Assembly (NCBI GenBank): GCA_014360805.1
Contig: JACIWU010000003.1
Coordinates: 5,020 to 69,019 of the forward strand
DNA: 64,000 bases
Direction: 5' to 3'
Origin: Chloroflexota bacterium
Lineage (GTDB): Bacteria > Chloroflexota > Anaerolineae > DTLA01
How positions within the stretch are numbered: position 1 is the first letter of the stretch; each line of letters opens with the position of its first letter. This document shows positions 19,183-29,693 of this stretch, piece by piece. The position numbers and the translations under genes are program-made. Below the pieces are notes generated by a model. That model had not been told where the DNA came from and did not search any database. It saw nothing but the letters and a program-made list of their open reading frames with translations.

Positions 19183-19823
19183 CCAAGCGCAAACTGGTGC
19201 TGCGGGAAGTATCCGACCCGCGCGTCCTGGCGGCGATGGAAGCCGTGCCGCGCCACCGATTCGTGCCGGCGCAGTACGCCGAGGACGCCTATGACGATCA
19301 CCCGCTCCCCATCGGCTACGGCCAGACGATTTCCCAACCGTACATCGTGGCCCTGATGACTCAGTTGCTGGAACTCAAGGGGCACGAGAAGGTGCTGGAA
19401 ATCGGCGCAGGCTCCGGCTATCAGGCGGCGATCCTGTCCCTGCTGGCCCGCGAGGTATTCACCGTGGAGCGCATCCCGCAACTGGCCGAGAAGGCCCGCG
19501 AGCGGTTGAGCGAACTAGGGTATCGCAACGTGCACATTCGCATCGGCGACGGCTACGAGGGCTGGCCCGAGCACGCCCCCTACGATGCCATCATCGTAAC
19601 GTGCGCGGCGGAGGAGGTACCCCCGCCCCTGATTGAGCAACTGGCCGACGGCGGCCGCCTGGTCATCCCCGTGGGCGAGTCGGGCTGGTCCCAGCGGCTG
19701 ATGCTGTTGCGCAAGCGCGGCGCCGAGTTGGAGCAGCGCGAGATCGCCGGCGTGGTGTTCGTGCCCCTGGTGCGCGGCGTCGCGCAGCCGCCGGAAAACG
19801 CAGGAGGTCCCGATGAATCTTGA
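19179..19823 (+). CDS. pcm: Protein-L-isoaspartate O-methyltransferase
   Basis: It contains QTISQPYIVALM and the SAM-binding motif VLEIGAGSGYQAA. Confidence 0.9.
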   Translation: MTKRKLVLREVSDPRVLAAMEAVPRHRFVPAQYAEDAYDDHPLPIGYGQTISQPYIVALMTQLLELKGHEKVLEIGAGSGYQAAILSLLAREVFTVERIPQLAEKARERLSELGYRNVHIRIGDGYEGWPEHAPYDAIIVTCAAEEVPPPLIEQLADGGRLVIPVGESGWSQRLMLLRKRGAELEQREIAGVVFVPLVRGVAQPPENAGGPDES

Positions 19824-22119
19824 CGAGACGTACATCCGCGACCGGTTGATTCTGCACGGCAAGCGGGGGACGGTTACGTTCGTCTTCCAGGCCGTGCCGC
19901 TGATCCAGCAGGCTTCGGCGCGATTGGAATACCGCGCGGGCAGCGAGCGCCGCGTCCTGGAGATTGCGGGGCCAAACGCCGCGCTGGAGGTGCAACGGGA
20001 CCACATCCGCTGGGAGCGCAGCGACGACCATGTTCGGCTCCGTTGGTACATCCACCTGGGCGACGACCTGGAAGTCGTCGTGGAGGCGCAGAACGTCGGG
20101 GCGACGCCCGTGAACCTGGACTGCCTGGCCGTCCTGGACGTGCGGCAGGACAACGGCGGCGCTGTGAACCTGGGCGCCGACCCTAGGCGGTGGTCGTTCT
20201 ACAAGCACGGGTGGCAGTCCTGGTCTCCCACCTTCGCCCGCCACATCGGGGATGGGATTTATGTCAACCCAGGTGGCGAGGAATACGACCGCAAGCACAC
20301 CCCTCACCCGAACTCGGGCACCGAGGACTTCCAGAGCGAATGGTTCACCGTGCTGCACGACCTGGACGGGGGGATGTCGGCGCTGCTGGGTTTCGTGGAC
20401 GGCCGCCATGCCCTCGCGGATGTGGCGCTGTGCCTGGACGGGCGCTCGTTCCGGCGGCTCGCCGCGACGTGCTACGCCGACGGCGTCGCGCTGGCGCCCG
20501 GCGAGCGGTTCCTGTCCGAGCCGCTCATGGTGGCCTTCTCCGATGACCCGCTGCGCCTGCTGGAGCATTACGCCGACCGCGTCGCGGCGCGCATGAACGC
20601 GCGAGTCCCCTCCCGCATCCCCACCGGTTGGTGCACGTGGTACTACTTCTACGGCGAGAACTCGGCGGAGGACGTGCTGGCCAACGCGGCGCAGATTCGC
20701 AAGCACCACCTGCCCCTGGAATACGTCCTGATTGACGACGGCTACCAGCAGGCCATCGGCGACTGGCTGCGGATTGACGAGACCAAGTTCCCGCAGGGGA
20801 TGAAGGCCGTGGCCGAGGGCATCCGTGCCACAGGGCTTCGCCCGGGCATCTGGCTGGCCCCCTTTGGCGTCAGCAGCGAATCGGCGGCCTACGCCGAGCA
20901 CCCCGACTGGACCCTCAAGCGCGCTGACGGCTCGCCCGTTGTCGCCTGGCAGCATTGGGGCACGGACATCTACGCGCTGGATTTGTCCAGAGACGACGTG
21001 CTGGACTGGATTGCCCACGTCTTCCGGGTCATGGGCGACGAATGGGGCTACGACCTGTTCAAGATTGACTTCGTGTTCGCGGGGGCGATGGAGGGAATCC
21101 GCCACGATCCCGGGGTTACCCGCGCAGAAGCCTATCGGCGGGGGATTGAGCGCATACGCCAGGTCATCGGCGACCGGTTCCTGCTGGGGTGCGGCGCGCC
21201 GCAACTGCCCAGCGTGGGCGTGGTGGATGCCATGCGCATCGGCCCCGATGTCGCCTTCAACTGGGACCCCATCTGGGCCGACTTGAGCGCGCCGGCGGTG
21301 GCCAATGCGCTGCGCAACACCGCGGCCCGCTACTTCATGCATCGCCGCTGGTGGCTGAACGACGGCGACTGCGTGCTGGTGCGCATGCGCGGCGACCAGT
21401 CCGATTTGGTACTGAACGAAATGCGCACCCTGGTTACCTGCATCGCGCTGTCGGGCGGCCTGACCCTGGACAGCGACAACCTGCCCACCATCCGCCCCGG
21501 GCGGCTGAAATACCTCCGCATGGCGCTGCCGCCCTCGGGCCTGGCGGCCCGTCCGGTGGATTTGTTCCGCAACGAGAACCCGCGCCATCAGGTCCTGCAC
21601 ATGGACAAGCCCTGGGGCCAATGGTGGGTGGTGGCGCTCATGAACTGGCGGGACAAGACCGCCAGGACCGAAGTATCCCTGCGCGAACTAGGCCTTCCCG
21701 AGGGCGAGTACCACGTGTACAACTTCTGGCGGCAACGGTACGTGGGCGTCCGCTCCGACAAACTCGCCTTCCGCCGCCACCAGCCCCACGAGAGCATCGT
21801 CCTGTGCCTGAAGCCCGCCTCCGATGCGCCCGACCTGCTGACGTCCACCTTCCACGTAACCCAGGGCGCGGCGGAGATTCAGGGCGTGCAGCGTATGGTG
21901 CACGGGCCCAACGGGCAGACGCTGCGCGTGGCCCTGGAGAAAGCGGGGGCGCAGCGCGGCCAACTGGTATTCACCGCGCCTGCGCCGTGGCGCGCCAGCG
22001 AGGCCCGCGTGGATGGGCGCAAGTGGCCGTTCCGCGTGCTGGCGTCGGGGCTTGTCGCAGTCCGCCTGCGCCTGAAGGAGCGGGCGCTCGTAGAGGTGGA
22101 CTTCGTCCGAGACGAATAG
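19813..22119 (+). CDS. Alpha-galactosidase, glycoside hydrolase family 36-like
   Basis: The protein is 768 aa. It has a catalytic region WCTWYYFYG...LIDDGYQ...KIDF typical of GH36 melibiases. Confidence 0.75.
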   Translation: MNLDETYIRDRLILHGKRGTVTFVFQAVPLIQQASARLEYRAGSERRVLEIAGPNAALEVQRDHIRWERSDDHVRLRWYIHLGDDLEVVVEAQNVGATPVNLDCLAVLDVRQDNGGAVNLGADPRRWSFYKHGWQSWSPTFARHIGDGIYVNPGGEEYDRKHTPHPNSGTEDFQSEWFTVLHDLDGGMSALLGFVDGRHALADVALCLDGRSFRRLAATCYADGVALAPGERFLSEPLMVAFSDDPLRLLEHYADRVAARMNARVPSRIPTGWCTWYYFYGENSAEDVLANAAQIRKHHLPLEYVLIDDGYQQAIGDWLRIDETKFPQGMKAVAEGIRATGLRPGIWLAPFGVSSESAAYAEHPDWTLKRADGSPVVAWQHWGTDIYALDLSRDDVLDWIAHVFRVMGDEWGYDLFKIDFVFAGAMEGIRHDPGVTRAEAYRRGIERIRQVIGDRFLLGCGAPQLPSVGVVDAMRIGPDVAFNWDPIWADLSAPAVANALRNTAARYFMHRRWWLNDGDCVLVRMRGDQSDLVLNEMRTLVTCIALSGGLTLDSDNLPTIRPGRLKYLRMALPPSGLAARPVDLFRNENPRHQVLHMDKPWGQWWVVALMNWRDKTARTEVSLRELGLPEGEYHVYNFWRQRYVGVRSDKLAFRRHQPHESIVLCLKPASDAPDLLTSTFHVTQGAAEIQGVQRMVHGPNGQTLRVALEKAGAQRGQLVFTAPAPWRASEARVDGRKWPFRVLASGLVAVRLRLKERALVEVDFVRDE

Positions 22120-22177
22120 CCTGCCGCCGGGTTTGTGCGGCAGTGCAGGTATTCCAATTAGACCGAGGAGGGAACCG

Positions 22178-22969
22178 ATGCTCCTATGCGTGAACGTCGG
22201 CAACACCAACACCGTTGGCGGCTTGTACAAGGACGGCGAATGGGTGGCGCGGTGGCGCGTGCGCACCGAACACGACATGATGCCCGACGAGTACGCCATG
22301 CTGTGGAAGGCGCTCCTGGACGACAGGGGCTACTCCTTTCGCGACGTGCGGCGGGTAACGATTTCCAGCGTCGTGCCGCCGGTTACGGGCGCCCTGGTGG
22401 AACTGTGCGAGCGTTACTTCGGGTTCGCTCCGCTGCTCATCGGGCCGGGCATCAAGACCGGCATGCGCATACGGATTGACAACCCAGCCGAACTGGGCGC
22501 CGACCTGCTCTGCGACGCGGTGGCCGCGTATCATCGTTTTCGCACCGCCTGCATCGCCATTGACTTCGGCACGGCGACCACGTTCAGCGCCGTGGCTGAC
22601 AACGGCGATTTCATGGGGGTGTCTATCGCGCTGGGCCTGGGCCCCGCCGCAGACACCTTGGCGGGACGCACGGCGCAACTGCCCCGCATCAACCTGGTGC
22701 CGCCGCCCGCCGCCATCGGCAAGAACACCGTCCACTCCATGCAGTCGGGCCTCATCTTTGGCTACGTGGGGCTGGTAGAGGGCCTGGTCGCTCGCATGCG
22801 CTACGAACTCGGAGGCCAGGCCAAGGTGGTGGCCACCGGCGGCCTGGTGCAGGTGCTGGCGCCTTTGCTCAAATGCGTGGATGTCGTGGATCCGTGGCTG
22901 ACCCTGGATGGGGTGCGGCTGCTCAGCGAGCGGAACGCGCCGCCCGAAGGAAAAACCGGTGACGGATGA
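22178..22969 (+). CDS. coaX: Type III pantothenate kinase
   Basis: It carries the ASKHA-fold motifs LLCVNVGNTNT and IAIDFGTATTF. I placed the start at the internal MLLCV. Confidence 0.85.
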   Translation: MLLCVNVGNTNTVGGLYKDGEWVARWRVRTEHDMMPDEYAMLWKALLDDRGYSFRDVRRVTISSVVPPVTGALVELCERYFGFAPLLIGPGIKTGMRIRIDNPAELGADLLCDAVAAYHRFRTACIAIDFGTATTFSAVADNGDFMGVSIALGLGPAADTLAGRTAQLPRINLVPPPAAIGKNTVHSMQSGLIFGYVGLVEGLVARMRYELGGQAKVVATGGLVQVLAPLLKCVDVVDPWLTLDGVRLLSERNAPPEGKTGDG

Positions 22970-23615
22970 AACAGCGCCCAAGCGGGGCGAAGAGGAATCG
23001 CCCGTTTACCTGCGCCCCCTCACCGAAGAGGATGCGGAGATCGCCTACGCCTGGTGGCGGGACCCCATCGTGCAGGGGTTGAGCGGCGCGCCGCTGGGGC
23101 CGCGCGACCCCGAAGAGTTCCGCCGCTTCTTCGTGGAACGCTACGTCCGCCCCAACCCACGGCGCATCGCCGCGGGCATCGTCGTCAAGGAAACGGGCAA
23201 ACTCATCGGCCTGTGCGTGGCTCACATTGACCCGGACTTCCGCGAGGCCGAATACGGCATCAAGATCGGCGACCGCTCTTCGTGGGGGAAGGGCTACGGC
23301 ACGGCCGCCACCCGCGCCTTCGTAGACCAGGTGTTTGAGACCACCGACATAGACTCCATCTACGGCCTCGTGGAACTGACCAACGAGCGCGCCAAGCGCA
23401 CGCTCATCTCGGCGGGGTTCCGCATCTGCTGCCTGCTGTACAACCGCGAGTTCCTGCGCGTGGACCTGACGCGGTACGAGTGGGAATGCGACAAGCGCCG
23501 CCAGGCCCAAGCCGCCCCCAGCCCGAGCCGCGCAGGGGGAACGGCATCCGCGAATAACACGAATCCACACGAGTGGGGAACGGCATCCACGAATAACACG
23601 AATCCACACGAATAA
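22959..23615 (+). CDS. GNAT-family N-acetyltransferase with a repeat-encoded C-terminal tail
   Basis: The N-terminus has the RimL-like pattern VYLRPLTEEDAEIAYAWW. I suggest a GTG start near 22959, but the start is uncertain. The tail ...GTASANNTNPHEWGTASTNNTNPHE is encoded by a tandem DNA repeat. Confidence 0.65.
   Translation: MTDETAPKRGEEESPVYLRPLTEEDAEIAYAWWRDPIVQGLSGAPLGPRDPEEFRRFFVERYVRPNPRRIAAGIVVKETGKLIGLCVAHIDPDFREAEYGIKIGDRSSWGKGYGTAATRAFVDQVFETTDIDSIYGLVELTNERAKRTLISAGFRICCLLYNREFLRVDLTRYEWECDKRRQAQAAPSPSRAGGTASANNTNPHEWGTASTNNTNPHE
23551..23613. repeat. Two tandem 39-bp copies (GGAACGGCATCCrCGAATAACACGAATCCACACGAr) that form the 3' end of the GNAT CDS
   Basis: They encode GTASANNTNPHEW followed by GTASTNNTNPHE. 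They share the ACGAATCCACACGA core with the repeats at 34395-34425 and 51985-52195. Confidence 0.65.
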
Positions 23616-23625
23616 ATAGGGGAGA

Positions 23626-23660
23626 CACGTGCGACGCATCTCCGAGGTGCGTCGCACATG
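23626..23660. repeat. REP-like palindrome GTGCGACGCA-tctccgag-TGCGTCGCAC
   Basis: The core GTGCGNCGCAC arms are the same as in the copies at 6571 and 52198. It lies immediately after the GNAT stop. Confidence 0.65.
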
Positions 23661-23728
23661 CTTTCAGCCCCTTGCCGTCCGCGCGGAGAGCGAGATAGGG
23701 GCGACCAGTGAGCCGCCCCTGCCGTCCA

Positions 23729-26700
23729 TCACGGGGTTACGGTGAACTTCGCGCCTCCGCTCCGCCCGAACGTCTCGGGGAAGTACATCTCGTAGGCCAC
23801 CGCCGGCATGACCAGGAACTCGCCCGGCACGCTGGCCCGCAGCAGGTACGTGTACTCATACGTGCCCGCGGGCACCGACGTGGCGAACAGCGCGACCTTC
23901 TCGTCGCGAATCTCGGTGTGCGAGAAGACCCACCAGCCCCACACGTCCTCCTCGCCCGTCCGGCGGAACTGCGGCTGCTCCAGCAGTTGGCTGGTCGTCC
24001 GCAGGCTGGTATCCACCGCCTCCGTGCCGCCTGGAATCGGATCTTCCACCACCAGGTAGTGCAGCGAACTCGGCGCGATGACCGTGAGTTTCACGCGGAT
24101 GATGTCGCCGACCCTGGCCGTGGCGACTTCCCGGGTCGGGTCATCCGCCAGCGTGTACTGGCGCAGGACGATGACCCCGCGATTCAGCGGGCCTACCTGC
24201 TCCACCGGCAGGTAGTACTTCAGCGCGGCGGAATAGTACAGCGCGCCTTTCTCGGCCTGCCCGCCCGTCAACGGCGACCGCTCCACGATCACGCGGTTGC
24301 CCACATCCTTCAGCAAATCCTTGAGCGGGATGCTGACCACGCGCGGGGCATCCACGGTGTCGGGCCGCACATCGCCCGCCAGCACGCGCTTCCCGTTGAG
24401 GCCGACCTGATACCGGTACTCGCCCTCCAACTCGCCGGTCTGGGCGGCGTAATCGGTCAGGGCCATGAGCGCCCATGCGTTCTCCTGCGTGGTGCCCCAG
24501 CGCCCGTCCTGGCGCGCGGCCATGAGCCAGCGAACCGCATTGGGCAGCAGCGCGTTGTCGGGCGTAAGGCGCACCAGCGCCCGCAACACGATGGCCGTGC
24601 TGCGCACGTCGGTGTTCATCAAGAAGCGGTCGGTCTGGGCCTCCTCCCAGTGAGCACCCGTGGCGCTCAAGACCGCCTGTCCGTTGAGTTCGGCCAGCAG
24701 CGCGCGCACCTGGCCTGCGTGAGCATCGCCGGCGGCCTGCAGGGCCTGCGCCAGGAACGCCTTGCCGTAGTGTCCGAGAAGATGCCGCTTCTCAAACAGG
24801 GCCACGGATCGGGCGGTGTCGCCCGCGCCGAACTCGCTCAGGACGTACAGGATGAAGGCCTGTTCGTTGGCCGCTGTTGCATCCTGGACGCCCGCCACGT
24901 CCAGCGAGGACTTCAGGAATCGCACGGCCCGCTCCATGACCGACGAGTCCACGCCAAATCCGGCGCGTCTGGCCTCATTCAGCCCCAGCAGCACGTAGGC
25001 CGTGATGTAGGGGTGGCTTTGCTCGGTGTACCACCACCCCCAACCCCCGTCCACGTTCTGCGAGGCGTACAGTTTCTGCAAGCCCACCGCCACCAGGTCG
25101 GGCAGTTTGGCCTCCAACTCCTCATTGCGCACGCCAAGCCGCTTGTAGGCTTGCCACGCCGCCACGTTGGGCAGGAATCGGCTCACCGTCTGCTCGGCGC
25201 ACTCGTAGGGGAAGTGCTCCAGGTAACCCAGGGCATCCTTCATGCCGGCCACGAGGGACGGATCCAGCCGCACGGTGAAGTCGCCCTGCGAAGGCTCGTA
25301 CACATCCGGCAACTGCACGATCTCCACCTGCTGCTCGCCCGCGCGGACTTCGCCCGCGGTGGCCACGACTTCCGGCGTCGTGAAGTGATAGACCGGTAGC
25401 GTGAGGGCGATGGCGTCCTCCAGCCCGCCCCCCGCGGCGCGCACGGACACCGTAACCTGCTCGTCGGCCCCGATGGTGCCGTTCCACGTGAGTTTCTGGA
25501 GACCCCTGGCCGGGATGTCCACGCTCTCGGTGCGGCCGAAGTCCGAACGCTCGCCGCGGACGGCCACCTGCACCTGCACGCGCAGCGCCTGGTCGGTGTT
25601 GTTGTGGACGATGGCGGCCAATTCCGGCTTGTCGCCGATGACGAAGAAGCGCGGCGCCACCACGCGCACCAGCAGGGGCTTGGTAACCACGATGTCCGAT
25701 GTGGACGAACCAACCTGCGTGTTGGCCGTCGCGCCGTCGGCCACCATGCGCCACGTGGTCAGCGAGTCGGGCAAGTTGACCGCAACCGTGGCCCTGCCTG
25801 CGGCGTCGGTGCGCAGCGCAGGCTCCCAGAAGGCGGTGTCGGGGAAGTAGGTGCGGGCTGTCATGGCTCCCTCAGCACCGCCCCCGCCCTTGCCTTCGGG
25901 CGCAGGCTCGGCCTCGCGCTCGGCCACGGCAAGGGTCAGACTGGCGGCCGTCCGGATGCCAAGCCCGCGCTTGCGATAGAAGAAGTCCAGGATGTCCGGG
26001 CCGGGCCGCTGCGCCAGCGCCAGCACCGAAGCGTCCACCAGCGCCAGCGACACCTCGGCGGGCACGCCCTGTCCGTTGGCGTCCAGCGTCTCCACGGTGA
26101 ACTGCGCCGTGTCGCGCGGGCCATAGGCTCCCGCACGGTCGGGGGTAACCCGAATCGTGAGATGCTTCTCGGCGGCGGACACCTGCAGCGCCACGTAGCC
26201 CACCCGGAACGACGCGAACGGTTCGGCCGCACCCTTGCCCTTCACAAGCACCACCGATACGTAGGCGTTGGGAATCAGATCTTCGGTGATGGGAATATCC
26301 ACCTGGTCGCTGTTGGTCTGCAGCGTCAGCACGCGATACGAGAGGATTCCGGCCCGCTCCACGGTGAGGAGCGCCATCACCGGCCCCTGGAAGGGGCTGG
26401 GGACGAGGATGTGCGCCGTTTCCCCAGGTGCGTAACTCTTCTTGTCGGCGATGAGTTCCATGCGGTTGTTGTTCTCCATGCGCCACGACACGTACTCATC
26501 GCCCACGCCCGACACCCACAGGTACGTGGCGCTGCGGACTTCGTTGCCGCGTGCGTCGCGCCCCAGCGCCAGCACTCGGTAACTGCCGCCCTCCGGCGGG
26601 ACAAAGGACGCCACCGCCGCGCCCTTGTCGTCTGTCGTGATCGTCTGTGTGAATACCGGCGTGTCGGTGAAGCGCGTCGTCCAGTAGAACCCGCCATCGG

Positions 26701-29581
26701 GCCACTTCTCCTGAACGCTGTACCAGTCGCGCAGGGAGAAAATGACGGTCAGCGGCACGTTGGGAACAGGCTCGCTCTTGCTGTTCACCGTGATGATGGA
26801 GACATCCGTGGGCTTGCCTGCCGTGCCCACGTAGGCTTTCGGCGACAGGCCAATGTAGAACTCGCCCTTGTGCACGGGAGCCGCCGTCCGTCCGCTCACC
26901 TCCTGGCCGTTCACGTCCGTAACATTGGCCTCAATGGAGAAGGTCTGGCTGGCCGTGAACTTGGCCAGGTCGGCGGGAACCGCGAAGGAGAAGCGGCCTT
27001 CGGCGTCGGTCGTCCCTTCGCCGCTGGCCACCACCTGCGCGCCGGTGTCCTCGCGCGTCCAGTAGTCCCAATCGTGGAAGTCGTACCAGCCCTGGCCCTG
27101 CCACGCGAAGAAGTAGGGTTGCGCCACGATGTTCCATCGGACTTTCGCGTTGGCCACCGGAGCGCCGAAGTAGTACTTGGCCAGCACGCTGACCTCTACG
27201 CGGTCGCCCTGGACGTATTCGGGCTGATTGGTCGCAACCGTGATTTCGTATTCCGGCTTGCGGTATTCGGCCACCTGGAAGGACGTGCTGAACTGCAGCG
27301 GGGCCTGCTTGTACCCGTGGGTGGTGGCGGCCTCGCTCGCGGGCGTCGCGTAAATCCAGTAGATGCCCGTGGGCGCGTTCTCGGCCAACGTCAGGCTGCC
27401 GTACACCGTCCCCAGGTCGCTCATCTGGAGCGTCTGGCTGTAGAACTGCTGGCCCTGCGGGTCAGAAACCGTAACGCGAAGCGGGCCGATGTCGGGCAGC
27501 GAGTAGCGCGCGTCGTCATCGGCGCGGACGATGCCCTTGAAGTAAACCGTCTGCCCGGGGCGGTAGATGGGCCTGTCCGTGTAGAAGTAGCCGACAAGGG
27601 GCGTGAGCCACGACTCGCTGGGGATGGAAAACTCCCAGGGGTCAATCCCCGCCGACCAGGGGCTGCCGGTTACGGCCAGGGACTCGCCGGAGCCGGCCAC
27701 AACCGTGAGGGCTTCCCACAAGTCGCGAGGCTGGGCAAACTGTCCGCGCCACACGCCCTCGGCATTCGTCAGACCGTCCATGAGCATCTTGCCGCTGCCG
27801 TCGTACACCTTCAGCGGCAGGGAATCTATCGGCTGGCCGCTCACGAGGTCGGTGGCCCACACCAGCACGTCCTTAGGCCCGTGCTTCAGCACCAGGTTCG
27901 TGCGGGTTACCACCAGCGCCATCCCCTGCGGGCGAGAGACCTTCTCGGGGATGTCGGGCGAGGAGAGCATGAGGTAGTACACGCCGGGCGGCAGCGGGCG
28001 GGTGGCGTCGGCGGTGAGGGGCACGTCCAGGGTCTGCGTCTTGTTCCGAGGCGCGTTCACCGCCACTTCCCACGCGCGCAGCAGGCTCTCGTTCCGCGGC
28101 GCAAACTTGTCGCGGTATTCCCAGTCGTCGCCGTTGAGGCGCACGAACTCGTCCAGCGACAGGGCGTACAAGCGCAGATTGACGCGGGCGATATTGCGGT
28201 AGGCGATGGGAATCTGCACCGGATTGTAGGCGTTGAAAACGGTGGCGTCGCCCCACCTGCCGACCACGTACAGGCTGGGGTCCAAGTCGCGCGTGTGGAA
28301 CGCCAGGACGTAATCCCGGCCCAGGGTGTTCCCGTATGGGTCCGCCGCCGAAGCCGGAATGGTGATTCGGTAATCCGTGTCCGGCTGGAGCCGAACGGAG
28401 AGTTGCAGCGAGTCCTCGTACTCATTCCAGTACGCCTGCCATGCGGTGCCTTCCGGCTCCACGCGCAGGGTGGGGGTGATGGTCTCCAGGAGCATGGGGC
28501 CGGCGAACCAAATCTGCACCCAAGCGTAGGGCGAGACGGCGGTCTCGTTGGCTCCAGGGCTTGTCCGAACCACGCGAGGCTTCGGCACGACGCCGAACGG
28601 CCACTTCTCTGTCGTTGCTAGCGTCCCGCCGGAAGCCGACCGCACGCCCGCCGCCACCGACGCCACATACCCCATGCCCATGCGCAGGGGCGCGCTCGGC
28701 TTGAAGTACAGCGTGCTCCCCTGCCACGAGAACGTGCCCGCCACCTTGCTGCCCGTCTGGATCTCGCGCAGGGCGAACCCCGCTTCCACGGAGGCCGCGT
28801 CCATGGGCTGGTTGAATGAGACGATGACCTGGGCCGTGGGCGCGACCTTCATCCCCTGCGGCTGGACGCCGGTGATCTTGGGCGACTCCGTGGTGAACGT
28901 CCACGAGTAGTCCTCGGCCAGCACGCTGCCCGTGGTATCCTGCAGGCCCGCGGCGACGGTGGCCCGATAGGTTGTGGATCCCGCCAGGCCCTCGGCGGGG
29001 CGGAAGATGTAGATGGACGTGTTGAGCCACTCGCCTGTGCCGGCGACGGGCGGCTCCAGGCGCAGTGGCTGGGGCAGGTCCTGGGCGCGCTTGAGATCCG
29101 TGAGCGGCACGACCGGCCTGTTGAAGATGACGGTGATGGCGATGTCCCGCTCTACCTCGGCGGCTCCATCCGCGGGCTGCGTCTGGGAGACGCGAAGGCT
29201 GCCCACCGTCTGGAATCGCAGGACGACTTCATCGGCCAGGGACAGGCCCGCGCTGGACTTGACCCCCTTGCCGAGCACGACGCGGTAGGTGGTGGCCGGC
29301 TCCAGCGGCGCTGCCGGCCGGAAGACCAGCCTGCGATCCTCCAGGACCCACTGCCCCGGAATCGCAGGGTCAATGCGCACCTGTCCCTCCAGGGACTTCG
29401 GATCCATGGGCTGGTTGAACTCCACGACGAGCGGCGCTCCCACCGGCAGTTCCTCGGAGGGGAGCGGAGTCTGCCGCACGATTCGCGGGATCGCGGGGGG
29501 TTGCTTGGGGCCGCACGAGACGGCCACAAGCGCCAGAAGGACAATCACGACCACAAACGTTACGCTGCGCCAAGATTTCAT
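23729..29581 (-). CDS. Bacterial alpha-2-macroglobulin family lipoprotein, thioester-containing
   Basis: The protein is 1950 aa and starts MKSWRS after an AGGAGG ribosome-binding site. The signal peptide has an LVAVSC lipobox. The thioester motif YECAEQ is present. The body is large and beta-rich, as expected for an alpha-2-macroglobulin. Confidence 0.85.
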   Translation of the reverse strand: MKSWRSVTFVVVIVLLALVAVSCGPKQPPAIPRIVRQTPLPSEELPVGAPLVVEFNQPMDPKSLEGQVRIDPAIPGQWVLEDRRLVFRPAAPLEPATTYRVVLGKGVKSSAGLSLADEVVLRFQTVGSLRVSQTQPADGAAEVERDIAITVIFNRPVVPLTDLKRAQDLPQPLRLEPPVAGTGEWLNTSIYIFRPAEGLAGSTTYRATVAAGLQDTTGSVLAEDYSWTFTTESPKITGVQPQGMKVAPTAQVIVSFNQPMDAASVEAGFALREIQTGSKVAGTFSWQGSTLYFKPSAPLRMGMGYVASVAAGVRSASGGTLATTEKWPFGVVPKPRVVRTSPGANETAVSPYAWVQIWFAGPMLLETITPTLRVEPEGTAWQAYWNEYEDSLQLSVRLQPDTDYRITIPASAADPYGNTLGRDYVLAFHTRDLDPSLYVVGRWGDATVFNAYNPVQIPIAYRNIARVNLRLYALSLDEFVRLNGDDWEYRDKFAPRNESLLRAWEVAVNAPRNKTQTLDVPLTADATRPLPPGVYYLMLSSPDIPEKVSRPQGMALVVTRTNLVLKHGPKDVLVWATDLVSGQPIDSLPLKVYDGSGKMLMDGLTNAEGVWRGQFAQPRDLWEALTVVAGSGESLAVTGSPWSAGIDPWEFSIPSESWLTPLVGYFYTDRPIYRPGQTVYFKGIVRADDDARYSLPDIGPLRVTVSDPQGQQFYSQTLQMSDLGTVYGSLTLAENAPTGIYWIYATPASEAATTHGYKQAPLQFSTSFQVAEYRKPEYEITVATNQPEYVQGDRVEVSVLAKYYFGAPVANAKVRWNIVAQPYFFAWQGQGWYDFHDWDYWTREDTGAQVVASGEGTTDAEGRFSFAVPADLAKFTASQTFSIEANVTDVNGQEVSGRTAAPVHKGEFYIGLSPKAYVGTAGKPTDVSIITVNSKSEPVPNVPLTVIFSLRDWYSVQEKWPDGGFYWTTRFTDTPVFTQTITTDDKGAAVASFVPPEGGSYRVLALGRDARGNEVRSATYLWVSGVGDEYVSWRMENNNRMELIADKKSYAPGETAHILVPSPFQGPVMALLTVERAGILSYRVLTLQTNSDQVDIPITEDLIPNAYVSVVLVKGKGAAEPFASFRVGYVALQVSAAEKHLTIRVTPDRAGAYGPRDTAQFTVETLDANGQGVPAEVSLALVDASVLALAQRPGPDILDFFYRKRGLGIRTAASLTLAVAEREAEPAPEGKGGGGAEGAMTARTYFPDTAFWEPALRTDAAGRATVAVNLPDSLTTWRMVADGATANTQVGSSTSDIVVTKPLLVRVVAPRFFVIGDKPELAAIVHNNTDQALRVQVQVAVRGERSDFGRTESVDIPARGLQKLTWNGTIGADEQVTVSVRAAGGGLEDAIALTLPVYHFTTPEVVATAGEVRAGEQQVEIVQLPDVYEPSQGDFTVRLDPSLVAGMKDALGYLEHFPYECAEQTVSRFLPNVAAWQAYKRLGVRNEELEAKLPDLVAVGLQKLYASQNVDGGWGWWYTEQSHPYITAYVLLGLNEARRAGFGVDSSVMERAVRFLKSSLDVAGVQDATAANEQAFILYVLSEFGAGDTARSVALFEKRHLLGHYGKAFLAQALQAAGDAHAGQVRALLAELNGQAVLSATGAHWEEAQTDRFLMNTDVRSTAIVLRALVRLTPDNALLPNAVRWLMAARQDGRWGTTQENAWALMALTDYAAQTGELEGEYRYQVGLNGKRVLAGDVRPDTVDAPRVVSIPLKDLLKDVGNRVIVERSPLTGGQAEKGALYYSAALKYYLPVEQVGPLNRGVIVLRQYTLADDPTREVATARVGDIIRVKLTVIAPSSLHYLVVEDPIPGGTEAVDTSLRTTSQLLEQPQFRRTGEEDVWGWWVFSHTEIRDEKVALFATSVPAGTYEYTYLLRASVPGEFLVMPAVAYEMYFPETFGRSGGAKFTVTP

Positions 29582-29693
29582 AGAGGCCTCCTGAGCAAAC
29601 GAAAGCACGCCGAAGCGTGCGCGCACTTCAATCTACAGACGCACGGCGGGCGCGTCAGGTTCCCGCCGCACAGCCATCCGAGGCATCAGGGCG

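Noticed and set aside
23551-23613. Possible CRISPR array suggested by the short direct repeats around 23551-23613 and 51978-52197
   Set aside because: There are only two repeat units per locus. The units are tandem without unique spacers. One copy is coding. No cas genes are present.
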